From Bryobacterales bacterium (lineage in GTDB: Bacteria > Acidobacteriota > Terriglobia > Bryobacterales > UBA6623), in contig OY729427.2 of assembly GCA_963422375.2 (NCBI GenBank), positions 672,001 through 736,000 on the forward strand: 64,000 bases of DNA, read 5' to 3'. Every line of letters starts with the position of its first letter. Position 1 is the first letter of the stretch. Shown here piece after piece: positions 1-8,524 of this stretch. The notes below the pieces were generated by a model. The model saw only the letters and a program-made list of their open reading frames with translations. It was not told the origin of the DNA and ran no database searches. Made by a program: the position numbers and the translations under genes.

Positions 1-489
1 CGCATCTACATCGAAGACTCCCTGGATCTGGCGCTTCCTCAGTGGTTCCATGCCGAGAACCCCTACGCCTATCAGAACGTCACGGCGGTCCTGCTGGAGT
101 CCGCGCGCAAGGGCTATTGGGATCCCGACGCGGATGTGCTCCGCAGAGTAGCGAACGAGTACGCCCGGTCGGTGTCCGACCACGGGCCGGCAGGCGACTC
201 GCGGACGGTCGACAACCGTGCGTTCCAGGAGTTCCTGCGCGAGCGCCTGGCCGCCCCCGGCAACATCGAGGGGATCGAGCTGACACGGATGTACGAAGAG
301 GCTCTGGCCAAGAGCGCCGGCGCAAGCCACGCCCAGCTGGTGCAGGGACAGCGGCTCGTGCGCGAGGACGACAGTCCGGCACCGGAGCCGTCAAGCATCG
401 CCGAGTACTCGGGCTGGCCCCTGGTAGCGCTGGCTCTGGTCGCTGCCGCGCTGGTCGTCGGCGCCAGGCGGCAGAACCGAAGGACCTAG
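1..489 (+). CDS. C-terminal part of a CobN/Mg-chelatase-H family protein with C-terminal membrane anchor (HmuS/BtuS-like), 5' truncated by window
   Basis: Frame 1 is open from base 1: RIYIEDSLDLALPQWFHAENPYAYQNVTAVLLESARKGYW matches the CobN C-terminal motif (..WF..NPYA.Q.....LE..RKGYW). It ends in a hydrophobic helix WPLVALALVAAALVVG plus a basic tail. Confidence 0.75.
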   Translation, partial: RIYIEDSLDLALPQWFHAENPYAYQNVTAVLLESARKGYWDPDADVLRRVANEYARSVSDHGPAGDSRTVDNRAFQEFLRERLAAPGNIEGIELTRMYEEALAKSAGASHAQLVQGQRLVREDDSPAPEPSSIAEYSGWPLVALALVAAALVVGARRQNRRT

Positions 490-532
490 CCGCCCCTTCC
501 GCAATTCCATCTGCTTTCCGAGTTCCACAACC

Positions 533-3424
533 ATGTACAAGCGTAAGTTTATCCAGTTCGTGCTCGCCGCTACGTCCCTCGTGGCGAGCCTTCCGGCACT
601 GCAGGCGCAGGGCATCACTGCGTCGCTGGGCGGCGGCGTCCTTGACCCGTCCGGCGCACCGGTGCCCGACGTCCGCGTCTCGCTCGCCTCCAAGGAGACA
701 GGGGCCGTCGCCGAAGCGCTCAGCACGCGCGCGGGACTCTACCGCCTCAGCGGACTCGATACCGGGTCCTACAGCCTCGCGGCCGTGAAGGACGGTTTCC
801 GCACATATCGAGCCGAGGATGTGGACGTGGTCTCCGGGCAGGAGATCATGCGCAATATCCGGCTGGAGATCGGACCGGTTTCCGACGAGGTGACCGTAGT
901 CAGCGAGATTTCCGAGATCGAGCGCGTTGCGTCGAACGGTGTACGAGGAACGAGCTACACGCCGTCCGAGGTCAGCGGTGTCCCGATGCTCTCGAACAAT
1001 GTCGGCCGCAACTACCGCGCAATCAGCTACCAGACTCCCGGCGTAGGATTTGCGGACGGATCGCACGCGCCGTTCACCGTCAACGGCAGCCGGCCGATCG
1101 GCGCGATCAATACGATGGTCGACTCCGCCGAGTACAACGATCCGGTCTCCGGAAACCTCCTTGGACGCGGGCTGACCGAACAGCCGGTCTCGATGGAAAC
1201 CGTCGAGGCATTTGAAATGCAGACTGCGAACTTCAAGGCGGAATTCGGCCGCGCCTCGGGAGCCGTCGTCAACCTGGTTACCAAGCAGGGCGGCAACGAA
1301 TGGCATGGCTCGGCCTACCACTTCTTCCAGAACGAGGGGCTCAATGCGCGCAACGCGCTGCTTGCGGACCGCGCACCCCTGCGGCTTAACATGCCGGGAG
1401 TAACGCTCGGCGGCCCGGTCGCCAGCAAGAAGCTGTTCTTCTTCGGCGGCTACGAAATCGCCGCGCGGAACGCATACCGCGCCTCGTCCACCATACAGAC
1501 GTTGACGGCCGGCCAGCGCGCCGCCGCGGCTCCCAGCGTTCGCGCCCTGTTGCCGCTCTATCCGGAGCCGAATGTCGCCGGCACGAACCTCCACAGCGCA
1601 TCCGTCGCGAGCCCGCGCACCACGCAGACCGGCCTGCTGCGGCTCGACTACCAGATCAACGGGAGCCACCGCCTCACCGGGCGCGGCAACTGGGTCAACG
1701 CGATCGGGCCCACGCGCGCGCGCCTCAGTTCCGGCGACGCCCCGACCGACAACCTGTCCCGCTCCGGACTCGTGGGTCTCGAGTCCGCGCTCTCGCTGCG
1801 GCTGTTCAACCAGCTGCGCGGCACCTATTCGACATACTTCGCCCAGGTGACGCCGGGCACGCCCTCGCTGGGCGACCCCGCTATCAACGGCCAAGTCGGC
1901 GTCCTGCTTGTTACCGGCCTGCCGCGACTCGGGACGTTCATCCCCTTCACCCAGACGCGTTTCCACAATTTCACCTACTCGGACGACCTTACGCTCTACG
2001 CTGGCCGCCACACGCTGAAGGCGGGCTTCATCGGACGCCACATCCAGCACAACTCCACCAGCGACCGCAACTTCAACGGCCTGCTCATCTTCCCGTCGAT
2101 CGGGGCATTCCTGGGCGCGCAGCCACTTATCTACTCGCGTGCCGTCGGCCACTCCCGCATCGACCAGCGCAACAGCGAAATTGCGCTCTATGTCCAGGAT
2201 GACTGGCGCGTGACGCCGCACCTGACCCTCAACCTCGGCGTGAGGCACGAGGCATACGGCGTTCCCAGCGAGAAGCTCGACCGGCTGGGCCAGGAATACG
2301 ACTCCGATCTCAACAACGTCGCTCCGCGCGCCGCCTTTGCATGGGACGTCCGGGGACGCGGCGAGACGGTTCTGCGCGGGGGCTACGGCCTCTACTACAG
2401 TCCCTTGCAGATGGGCTTCATCGCGCAGTCCCGATTCGCTCCGCCGCTGGTGACAACGTTTTCCCGGTTCCGTCCCCGGTTCCCGAACCTGCTGGAGGGT
2501 GCCCTTATCGGCTCGGACGCCTTCGTGCTGGATCCCAAGCTGGTGAACCCCTACGTGCAGAACTGGAACCTCACCCTCGAGCGGCAGCTCTGGAACCCCG
2601 GATCCATCTGGAGTGCCGCCTACGTGGGAAACCGCGGATTGAAGCTTCCCCGCACGTCGCTGCCCAATGGCGGGGACAACCTCCCGCCCCACTTGCGTCC
2701 CGACCCCAGCAGGGGCCAGATCAGCTACCTGACCGGCGGGACGTCGTCGAACTACCATGCCCTGCAAACCTCGCTGCGAGCCAGGATGGGAAGCCGCCTG
2801 ACGCTCCGAGCCGCGTACACGTTCTCCCGCGCGATCGACGTCGCGTCCGACTCGGACGATGTCCCGACGGATCAGGGCAACTGGAATCTCGACCGCTCGG
2901 TCTCGGACTTCCATCAGCCGCACGTAGCGTCCGCAATCGGAAGCTACGAGCTGCCGTTCTTCGAGCGCAGCGCCTGGCTGGGAGGGTGGCGCCTGGGCGG
3001 ACTCCTCTGGGCCCGCAGCGGCACTCCGTTCTCGCTGCTGTCCAACACGAACACCCCGAACGGTTCCCTGATAAACCGCATTCACGACATCCCCTCGGCA
3101 ATCGATCGCACGGCGCGGGGCAGCAGCCGTTTCCGGCTCGCGCCGGGAGTCAGCGCGGAAGCCCTCCAGCCGGTAGCGGTAGCGGGCACGCTCGGGCGCA
3201 ACACCGAGCTCGCGCCGTCGTATGTCGACTTCCATGTGACGTTGCAGAAGCGCTTCGCGCTGACCGAGTCAGTCAGCATCCAGATCCGCGCCGAGGCCTT
3301 CAACCTCCTGAACCGGGTGAATTATGACCAGCCCGTCAATAGCCTCGGAGACGCTCGGTTCGGGCAGTCGGTGCAGGCGTTCGAGCCACGCCAGTTTCAG
3401 TTGGCAGCGAAGGTCGTCTTCTAG
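533..3424 (+). CDS. TonB-dependent receptor (Oar-like, carboxypeptidase-regulatory N-domain)
   Basis: 963 aa with signal peptide, AEFGRASGAVVNLVTKQG plug motif, YVQDDWRV, and C-terminal PRQFQLAAKVVF. Confidence 0.92.
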   Translation: MYKRKFIQFVLAATSLVASLPALQAQGITASLGGGVLDPSGAPVPDVRVSLASKETGAVAEALSTRAGLYRLSGLDTGSYSLAAVKDGFRTYRAEDVDVVSGQEIMRNIRLEIGPVSDEVTVVSEISEIERVASNGVRGTSYTPSEVSGVPMLSNNVGRNYRAISYQTPGVGFADGSHAPFTVNGSRPIGAINTMVDSAEYNDPVSGNLLGRGLTEQPVSMETVEAFEMQTANFKAEFGRASGAVVNLVTKQGGNEWHGSAYHFFQNEGLNARNALLADRAPLRLNMPGVTLGGPVASKKLFFFGGYEIAARNAYRASSTIQTLTAGQRAAAAPSVRALLPLYPEPNVAGTNLHSASVASPRTTQTGLLRLDYQINGSHRLTGRGNWVNAIGPTRARLSSGDAPTDNLSRSGLVGLESALSLRLFNQLRGTYSTYFAQVTPGTPSLGDPAINGQVGVLLVTGLPRLGTFIPFTQTRFHNFTYSDDLTLYAGRHTLKAGFIGRHIQHNSTSDRNFNGLLIFPSIGAFLGAQPLIYSRAVGHSRIDQRNSEIALYVQDDWRVTPHLTLNLGVRHEAYGVPSEKLDRLGQEYDSDLNNVAPRAAFAWDVRGRGETVLRGGYGLYYSPLQMGFIAQSRFAPPLVTTFSRFRPRFPNLLEGALIGSDAFVLDPKLVNPYVQNWNLTLERQLWNPGSIWSAAYVGNRGLKLPRTSLPNGGDNLPPHLRPDPSRGQISYLTGGTSSNYHALQTSLRARMGSRLTLRAAYTFSRAIDVASDSDDVPTDQGNWNLDRSVSDFHQPHVASAIGSYELPFFERSAWLGGWRLGGLLWARSGTPFSLLSNTNTPNGSLINRIHDIPSAIDRTARGSSRFRLAPGVSAEALQPVAVAGTLGRNTELAPSYVDFHVTLQKRFALTESVSIQIRAEAFNLLNRVNYDQPVNSLGDARFGQSVQAFEPRQFQLAAKVVF

Positions 3425-3431
3425 CTTCGTG

Positions 3432-4640
3432 ATGCTGAGAGCACTGGTCCTGGCTGCGGCCGCCTCGGCCGGAATCGCAACGGGGGGAGACGCTTGGCCC
3501 GGCTTCCGAGGCGACGGCACAAGTCTGACTGCGGCCGGGGACCTGCCGGGCGAGTGGTCGGACGATTCGAACTTGGCGTGGACGGTCGACCTGGAGGGCT
3601 ATGGCCAATCGAGCCCCGTCGTCTGGAAGGACCGCGTGTACGTGACATCGGTCGAAGGGCCCAACAAGGAGCGGATCATCACTGGGGCCTATCGGCTCTC
3701 GGACGGAACGCGGCTCTGGGTCGACATCCGCGAGTCAACAAGCCCCGCCGAGGCCCATGAGCGCATGTCCAAAGCCGCTCCGACACCCGCGGCCAACGAA
3801 GCCGGCCTGTGGGTGTTCTTCGAAAGCGGCGACTTGATTGCATTCGGGCACGACGGCAGCGAGCGCTGGAAACGCTACCTCCCTAGGGCCGGAGACAGCT
3901 GGGTCGGCAACCACGGCCTCGGCTCGTCGCCACGACTCTCGGACGGGCGCCTGTTCCTTCACGCCGCCCCCTTCAAGGAGGGTCGGCTGTTCGCTATCGA
4001 TGCTGCCACCGGCGAGGATCTCTGGACACGCGACCTTCCCGCGGCCCCGTCCTTCTCGACACCGATAGCTGTCAGCCACGGCGGAACGGAACTCTTGCTG
4101 ACAACAGCCGGCGGCGGCGTTGTGGCATACGATGCCGCCGACGGAAGGGAAGCCTTCCGGCGCCCGGCGAGAGGCGGCCGGGGCTACGCCGTGCCGTCGG
4201 CCAGCCACGCGGGCGGCATCGTGGTGATTGCGTCTGGCGAGGCTGGCGGGACGCATTCGTTCCACCTCGACAGCCCGGGGGACACCCTCTGGACCGCTGG
4301 GAAGGCGACCACCGAGTTCAGCTCGCCGCTGTTGCAGGATGGCCGGGCGTACTTGGTGAACTCGGTCGGTGTCCTGTTCGAGCTGGATCTGGACACCGGA
4401 ACGGAGCTCTCCGCGCAGCGCTTGCCGTCGGGTTGCTGGGCTTCTCCCATCGCCTCCGGTACGAGGCTCTTCTTCTTCACTGTCGACGGCGACACCGTGG
4501 TACTCGACCAATCGAACGGGCAGGTCCTCTCGAGGAACCGACTCTCCACGAACGGAAGAGTCTACGGCGTTGCAGCGGTCAACGCCTCGTTCATCATTCG
4601 CTCGGGTCGGAGGCTCTGGCGGATCTCGCCGAAGCCGTAG
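3432..4640 (+). CDS. PQQ-binding-like beta-propeller protein (BamB-like), exported
   Basis: ATG 7 nt after the receptor stop. Signal peptide, WPGFRG, GQSSPVVW and repeated DxxTGxxxW motifs. Confidence 0.88.
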   Translation: MLRALVLAAAASAGIATGGDAWPGFRGDGTSLTAAGDLPGEWSDDSNLAWTVDLEGYGQSSPVVWKDRVYVTSVEGPNKERIITGAYRLSDGTRLWVDIRESTSPAEAHERMSKAAPTPAANEAGLWVFFESGDLIAFGHDGSERWKRYLPRAGDSWVGNHGLGSSPRLSDGRLFLHAAPFKEGRLFAIDAATGEDLWTRDLPAAPSFSTPIAVSHGGTELLLTTAGGGVVAYDAADGREAFRRPARGGRGYAVPSASHAGGIVVIASGEAGGTHSFHLDSPGDTLWTAGKATTEFSSPLLQDGRAYLVNSVGVLFELDLDTGTELSAQRLPSGCWASPIASGTRLFFFTVDGDTVVLDQSNGQVLSRNRLSTNGRVYGVAAVNASFIIRSGRRLWRISPKP

Positions 4641-4679
4641 GCCCTGCCAGGCGGTCCAGCCGAGCTCCGCGAGCCCGCC

Positions 4680-5006
4680 GACTCCGTCTCGGGAACGTAG
4701 ATCACCTCGCCGCTCTTTAGGCGATAGGCCGCGCCCAGCCCCGCGCTCGTCGCTGGACCGGAGGCGCTCGGTCCGCTCCCCTTGCTTGAGGATCATCTCC
4801 ACGTCAGGCTGGCCGGAATTGGTAACGACCGTAATGTCGCGCGTGCTCATGCGGGCCTCGGCCAGGCTGGCGCTCCCCGCCAAGGCTAGGATGAGGACCG
4901 CGACGAGGACCGTGCTGGCGTCGACGAGGCTCAGCCCCCCAAACGGGTCGCTGTCTTCCGCGGCGTCCATAGCCGTGGCGGCGCGGCCCATCCAAGGCCC
5001 ATGCAT
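4680..5006 (-). pseudogene. DUF2149 (HmuV-like) small membrane protein, frameshifted
   Basis: GAGGAGG RBS before ATG 5006. Reads DSDPFGGLSLVDASTVLVAVLILAL..DITVVTNSGQPDVEMILKQG, then a frameshift near 4740 gives LGAAYRLKSGEVIYVPE, the typical family C-terminus. The 3' end is approximate. Confidence 0.7.
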
Positions 5007-5041
5007 TCTTGCCTCCTCGGTTTGTCTCTTTTTATTTCGTC

Positions 5042-5056
5042 TTGAAACCGTTTCTT
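5042..5056. promoter_or_regulatory. Candidate operator palindrome TTGAAAC-C-GTTTCTT upstream of the DUF2149 remnant
   Basis: GAAAC/GTTTC dyad in an AT-rich patch. The regulator is unknown (LacI-like or weak Fur-like). Confidence 0.3.
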
Positions 5057-5062
5057 ATTTCG

Positions 5063-5660
5063 CCCATTCAACTCCGAAGTGCGACACGCGCCGAGCCACA
5101 AGATGGCAGGGAGGGGAGAGGGGGGGCAGCGACCGGTGGTGTCGCGGCAGTAGGCTGGTAGGTGCTGGAAGGAGCAGGGAGGCGGATGCGGAAGAGCTAC
5201 ACGCACGTGACGCAGGAGGAGCGCTGCCGGATGGAGACGCTGCGGGCGGCGGGCTGGGGAGCGGACAGGATCGCCGGGCAGCCGGGCCGCAAGCGGGCCA
5301 CGATCTACCGGGAAGTGGGCCGCAACGGCCGACCGGCGGAGGGCGAGCGCGCGGCGAGCTACAGCTTGGGGAGCGCGCAGGAGCGCGCGGAGCGGCGGCG
5401 GCGCGCGGCGGCGTGCCGGCCGCGCAAGCTGACGTCGGCGCTGCGGACGCGGAGCGAGGACTGCCTGCGGCGGGACTGGAGCCCGGAGCAGGAGCCCGGA
5501 GCAGGTCGCGGCGCGGCTGCAGTGGGAAGGGGCGCTGGAGATCAGCCCTGAACGGATCTACCAGCTGGTGCGCGCGGACCGGCGGCAGGGGGGCCGGCTG
5601 TACCGGCACCTGAGGCAGGGCGGCCGCAAGCGCGTCCGGCGGGTCGGCCGGACGGCGGGT
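5063..5660 (+). mobile_element. IS30-family fragment (left end plus N-terminal HTH transposase, frameshifted, truncated)
   Basis: ATG 5186 MRKSYTHVTQEER..TIYREVGRN..WSPEQ..ISPERIYQLV..LYRHLR. A 13-bp tandem duplication GGAGCCCGGAGCA (5478-5503) shifts the frame. No DDE domain. Confidence 0.85.
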
Positions 5661-5689
5661 CCCCCGCGGCCGCCGCTGCCCCGCCGGGG

Positions 5690-6764
5690 TCCGTGCCCGA
5701 GGTGCCTCCGAGCGCGCGCCGGGCCTCGACGGCCGCCCGCAACGGGGCCGCGCGCCGCTCCGGCACTGCGTTCTTCTGCAGGCACGCCACGTACTCCAGG
5801 CCCTCGCGCTCGCCATAGGCCGGCAGCTCGTCCCCCTGGAAGCCCGCGTCCAGGCGCAGGCGCAGCGTCGCCCGCGGGAAGAATTCCCGCAGCTGCGGCA
5901 GCAAGCGGTCCAGCAGCGGCAGCAAGCCCTCCGCGGCCGCCGCCGTGCCCGAGCGCAGCAGCGCCGCCACGAGATGCCGCTCGCGCTCGTCGTCGAAGCG
6001 CACCGCGCCCACCAGCGGCAAGTAGCAATGCGTGTCGCAGGAGCCGTTGAACAGCGCCAGCTGCCGGCCCCCGTGCGTCGGCTCGCAGGTCGGGTCGAAG
6101 TCCAGCTCGACGATGCTCGTCTCGGGGCGCCGCTCGTGCTGGCGCCGCACGACGCAGCGGGCCGGTACCGCGGACAGCGCGCTCGGCGCGTCCGCGGTGA
6201 CGGCGTTCTCGAAGCGCGACAGGGTGGGCCGGGACGGCAGGTCGCGACCCTGCCAGGGGTCGCGCCCGAGCGGCAGCTTGAACACGGGGTCGCCGCCGAG
6301 GCGCCCGGCGTCGTTGCAGTCCTCCTAGCCGCAGGCGAGGCCGTGGATGCGCTGGCGGAGCATGTCCGCGAGGGAGTGGAGCACCTCGGAGGGCTGGCGC
6401 CGGTCGCGCAGGCAGCCGGCGAAGGCCGCGGTGAGGCCGGGAGCGCGGTCGGCGGCCTCGACCGGGACAGCGCCGCCGTCGGAGCTGCTGCGCTCGTGAT
6501 CGAAGCGGACGGCGACGGGGCGACGGCGCGGATTGCGGAACAGAACGCCTTGGGAGCCTGCGGCTGCGACCATGTATTCATTATAACCTACCGGATAAAA
6601 ACAATTTCAATATATAAACTTGGATCTCAATCGGACCGGGCCGGGGCTGCCGCCGGGTTCGCAGGGCACTCCTAGGAGTGAGGATCGCGCTGGACCGGGG
6701 GCCCTCACCGCCCGGGCGGAGGGACCGGACTATGGCCCTCCGGGCTACTCATGAATTATCCGGG
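5690..6764 (-). mobile_element. IS1380-family fragment (transposase pseudogene, 3' truncated)
   Basis: SSDGG..LRQRIHGLACG*EDCND..SRPTLSRFEN..LDFDPT..HG..LRLDAGF, with in-frame TAG at 6325-6327. Putative left IR CCCGGATAATTCAT (6751-6764, minus strand). Confidence 0.85.
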
Positions 6765-6919
6765 CTAGGCGGCGCGAGGCCGCGCCAATGGAACGGCGGC
6801 GGTACACGGCACGGACCGGGGGAGCGCGTTCAGTCCAGCGCGCACGACCTCGCCCTGTCCAGGACTGCCGGGCCGGAGCATGGCCTGCGGGGCGGCAGTC
6901 AGTCGCACGAGGCGCGGCT

Positions 6920-8460
6920 ATGTCAGGAATGTTGCCGAAACAGCTGGCATTTGCGCTCGTGGCGGCCGCGACGGTGTGCCCGGCAGCCGAGAGTTTCGAA
7001 GCCACCGCGCCGCTGCCGGTCTTCCGAGACGTGGCGGAGCAGGCGGGCGCTGCATAGAGCATCACGTGCCGCGACGAAACCACTCGGTCCCTGCTGGACG
7101 TCAACGGGCGGGATACCTGCTTCATTCGCTACAGCGGCGACGGGCACTTGGACATCCATCTCGCGAACGCCTCCTCTTGCAGCTTGAGCGCCGACGGCAG
7201 CGCCCCCTCGGACGACCTGTTGAGGAACCGAGGCGACGGCAGCTTTGAGAACACGGCGGCGGCCGGCCTCCGCGACACGAGCCGGTCCAGCGGCTGCGCT
7301 GTGGGCTACTACGACAATGGCGGCGACCCCGGCCTCGACCTCACGAACCGCGGGCGCAACCGCTGGCACCGGGGCGCTGCAGGGCGATTCCGGGACGTGT
7401 CCGAGGCGGCCGACATGAGGGGGCCGGCTTGGCATCCGTCGAGATGGAGCATCGGCGCGGCGTTCGCCGACATCGACAGCGACGGGGACCTGTATCTGTT
7501 CCTAGCCAATCTCGCGGCCTTCGATCTGGAGACGTCTCCCCCGCCTCCGACCAGGGACAGCGCCTGCAAGCTCAAGCGAGTACCGATCATGTGCGCACCG
7601 AAAAGCTACGATGGCCAGCGGGACCTGCTGTATATGAATGCGGGCGACCGCACGCTCCGCGACGCCAGCGCGACAGACGGCATGCTCCAAAGCGAGCCAG
7701 GCCAATGCTTCGAGGCGGTCGTCGCCGATTGCGACAGCGACCAAGAGCTCTGCTTGTCGAACGATTCCAAGCAGAACTTCTACTACACGGACGGGGGGAC
7801 GGCGGGTTCGAGGACGTGAGCCGGGAATCCGGCGGCATGGTTGACGAGCGCGGCGAACCCAAAGGCTCGATGGGCCCCACGGTCGGCGACTACAACAACA
7901 TCCGCCTCGATGGATTCCTCACGAACCTCGTGGAGCAGTCCAACACGCTGTAGGGGCGCGACAACGGCGACAAACTCTTTCTCGACCAGACGACCAGCCT
8001 CGGACTGGCCCCGATGGGCTTCAACTACTGGGGGTGGGGCACCAAGTTGCTCAGTTTCGACAACGACGGCGGGCTCGACCTGTTCGTCGCCAACGTCCCC
8101 ACCGAGGAGCGCCTCAAGCGCCGCTTCCCGGCGGATAGGTACGCCGAGCCGCGCTACCTTCTCCGCAACGATTCCGGCAGGCGCTTCTTGGATGTTTCGG
8201 ACCGGACCGGGCGGCGCGCCTTCAGCGATCGGGTGGGACGCGGGACGGCGTTCGCCGATTTCGACAACGACGGCGATTCCGACATCCTCGCCGTCAACAA
8301 GAACGACGTCCCGGCGCGGCTGCGCAGCGACGGGGGAACCGCCGCAACTGGCTGGCAATCCGCACGCGCGGCGCGCGGAGCAGCCGGGACGTCATCGGGG
8401 CGCGGGTGACAGTGACTGCTACCTGTCAGGCAACGACCTGCGGGTCCGCGCAGGCCGCGA
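6920..8460 (+). pseudogene. CRTAC1/FG-GAP (ASPIC-UnbV) family pseudogene
   Basis: FG-GAP motifs (FADIDSDGDLYLFLAN, WGTKLLSFDNDGGLDLFVAN, FADFDNDGDSDIL) are spread over three frames with internal stops. It is a paralog of 18295-20034. Confidence 0.85.
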
Positions 8461-8524
8461 CTCCGCGCTGAACGCGAAATGGGCCTCGGGGCGTGACGCC
8501 CCGAGGCCCGCGGCGCTCGGAAGG

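Noticed and set aside
80..3235. 1051-aa minus-strand ORF and many similar long antisense ORFs across the window
   Set aside because: These are shadow ORFs of high-GC genes, with no motifs and full overlap with well-supported CDSs.
6325..7953. In-frame TAG at Tyr positions suggesting stop-codon recoding
   Set aside because: It occurs only in genes that also carry frameshifts or truncations, and TAG is the normal stop of many intact genes here.
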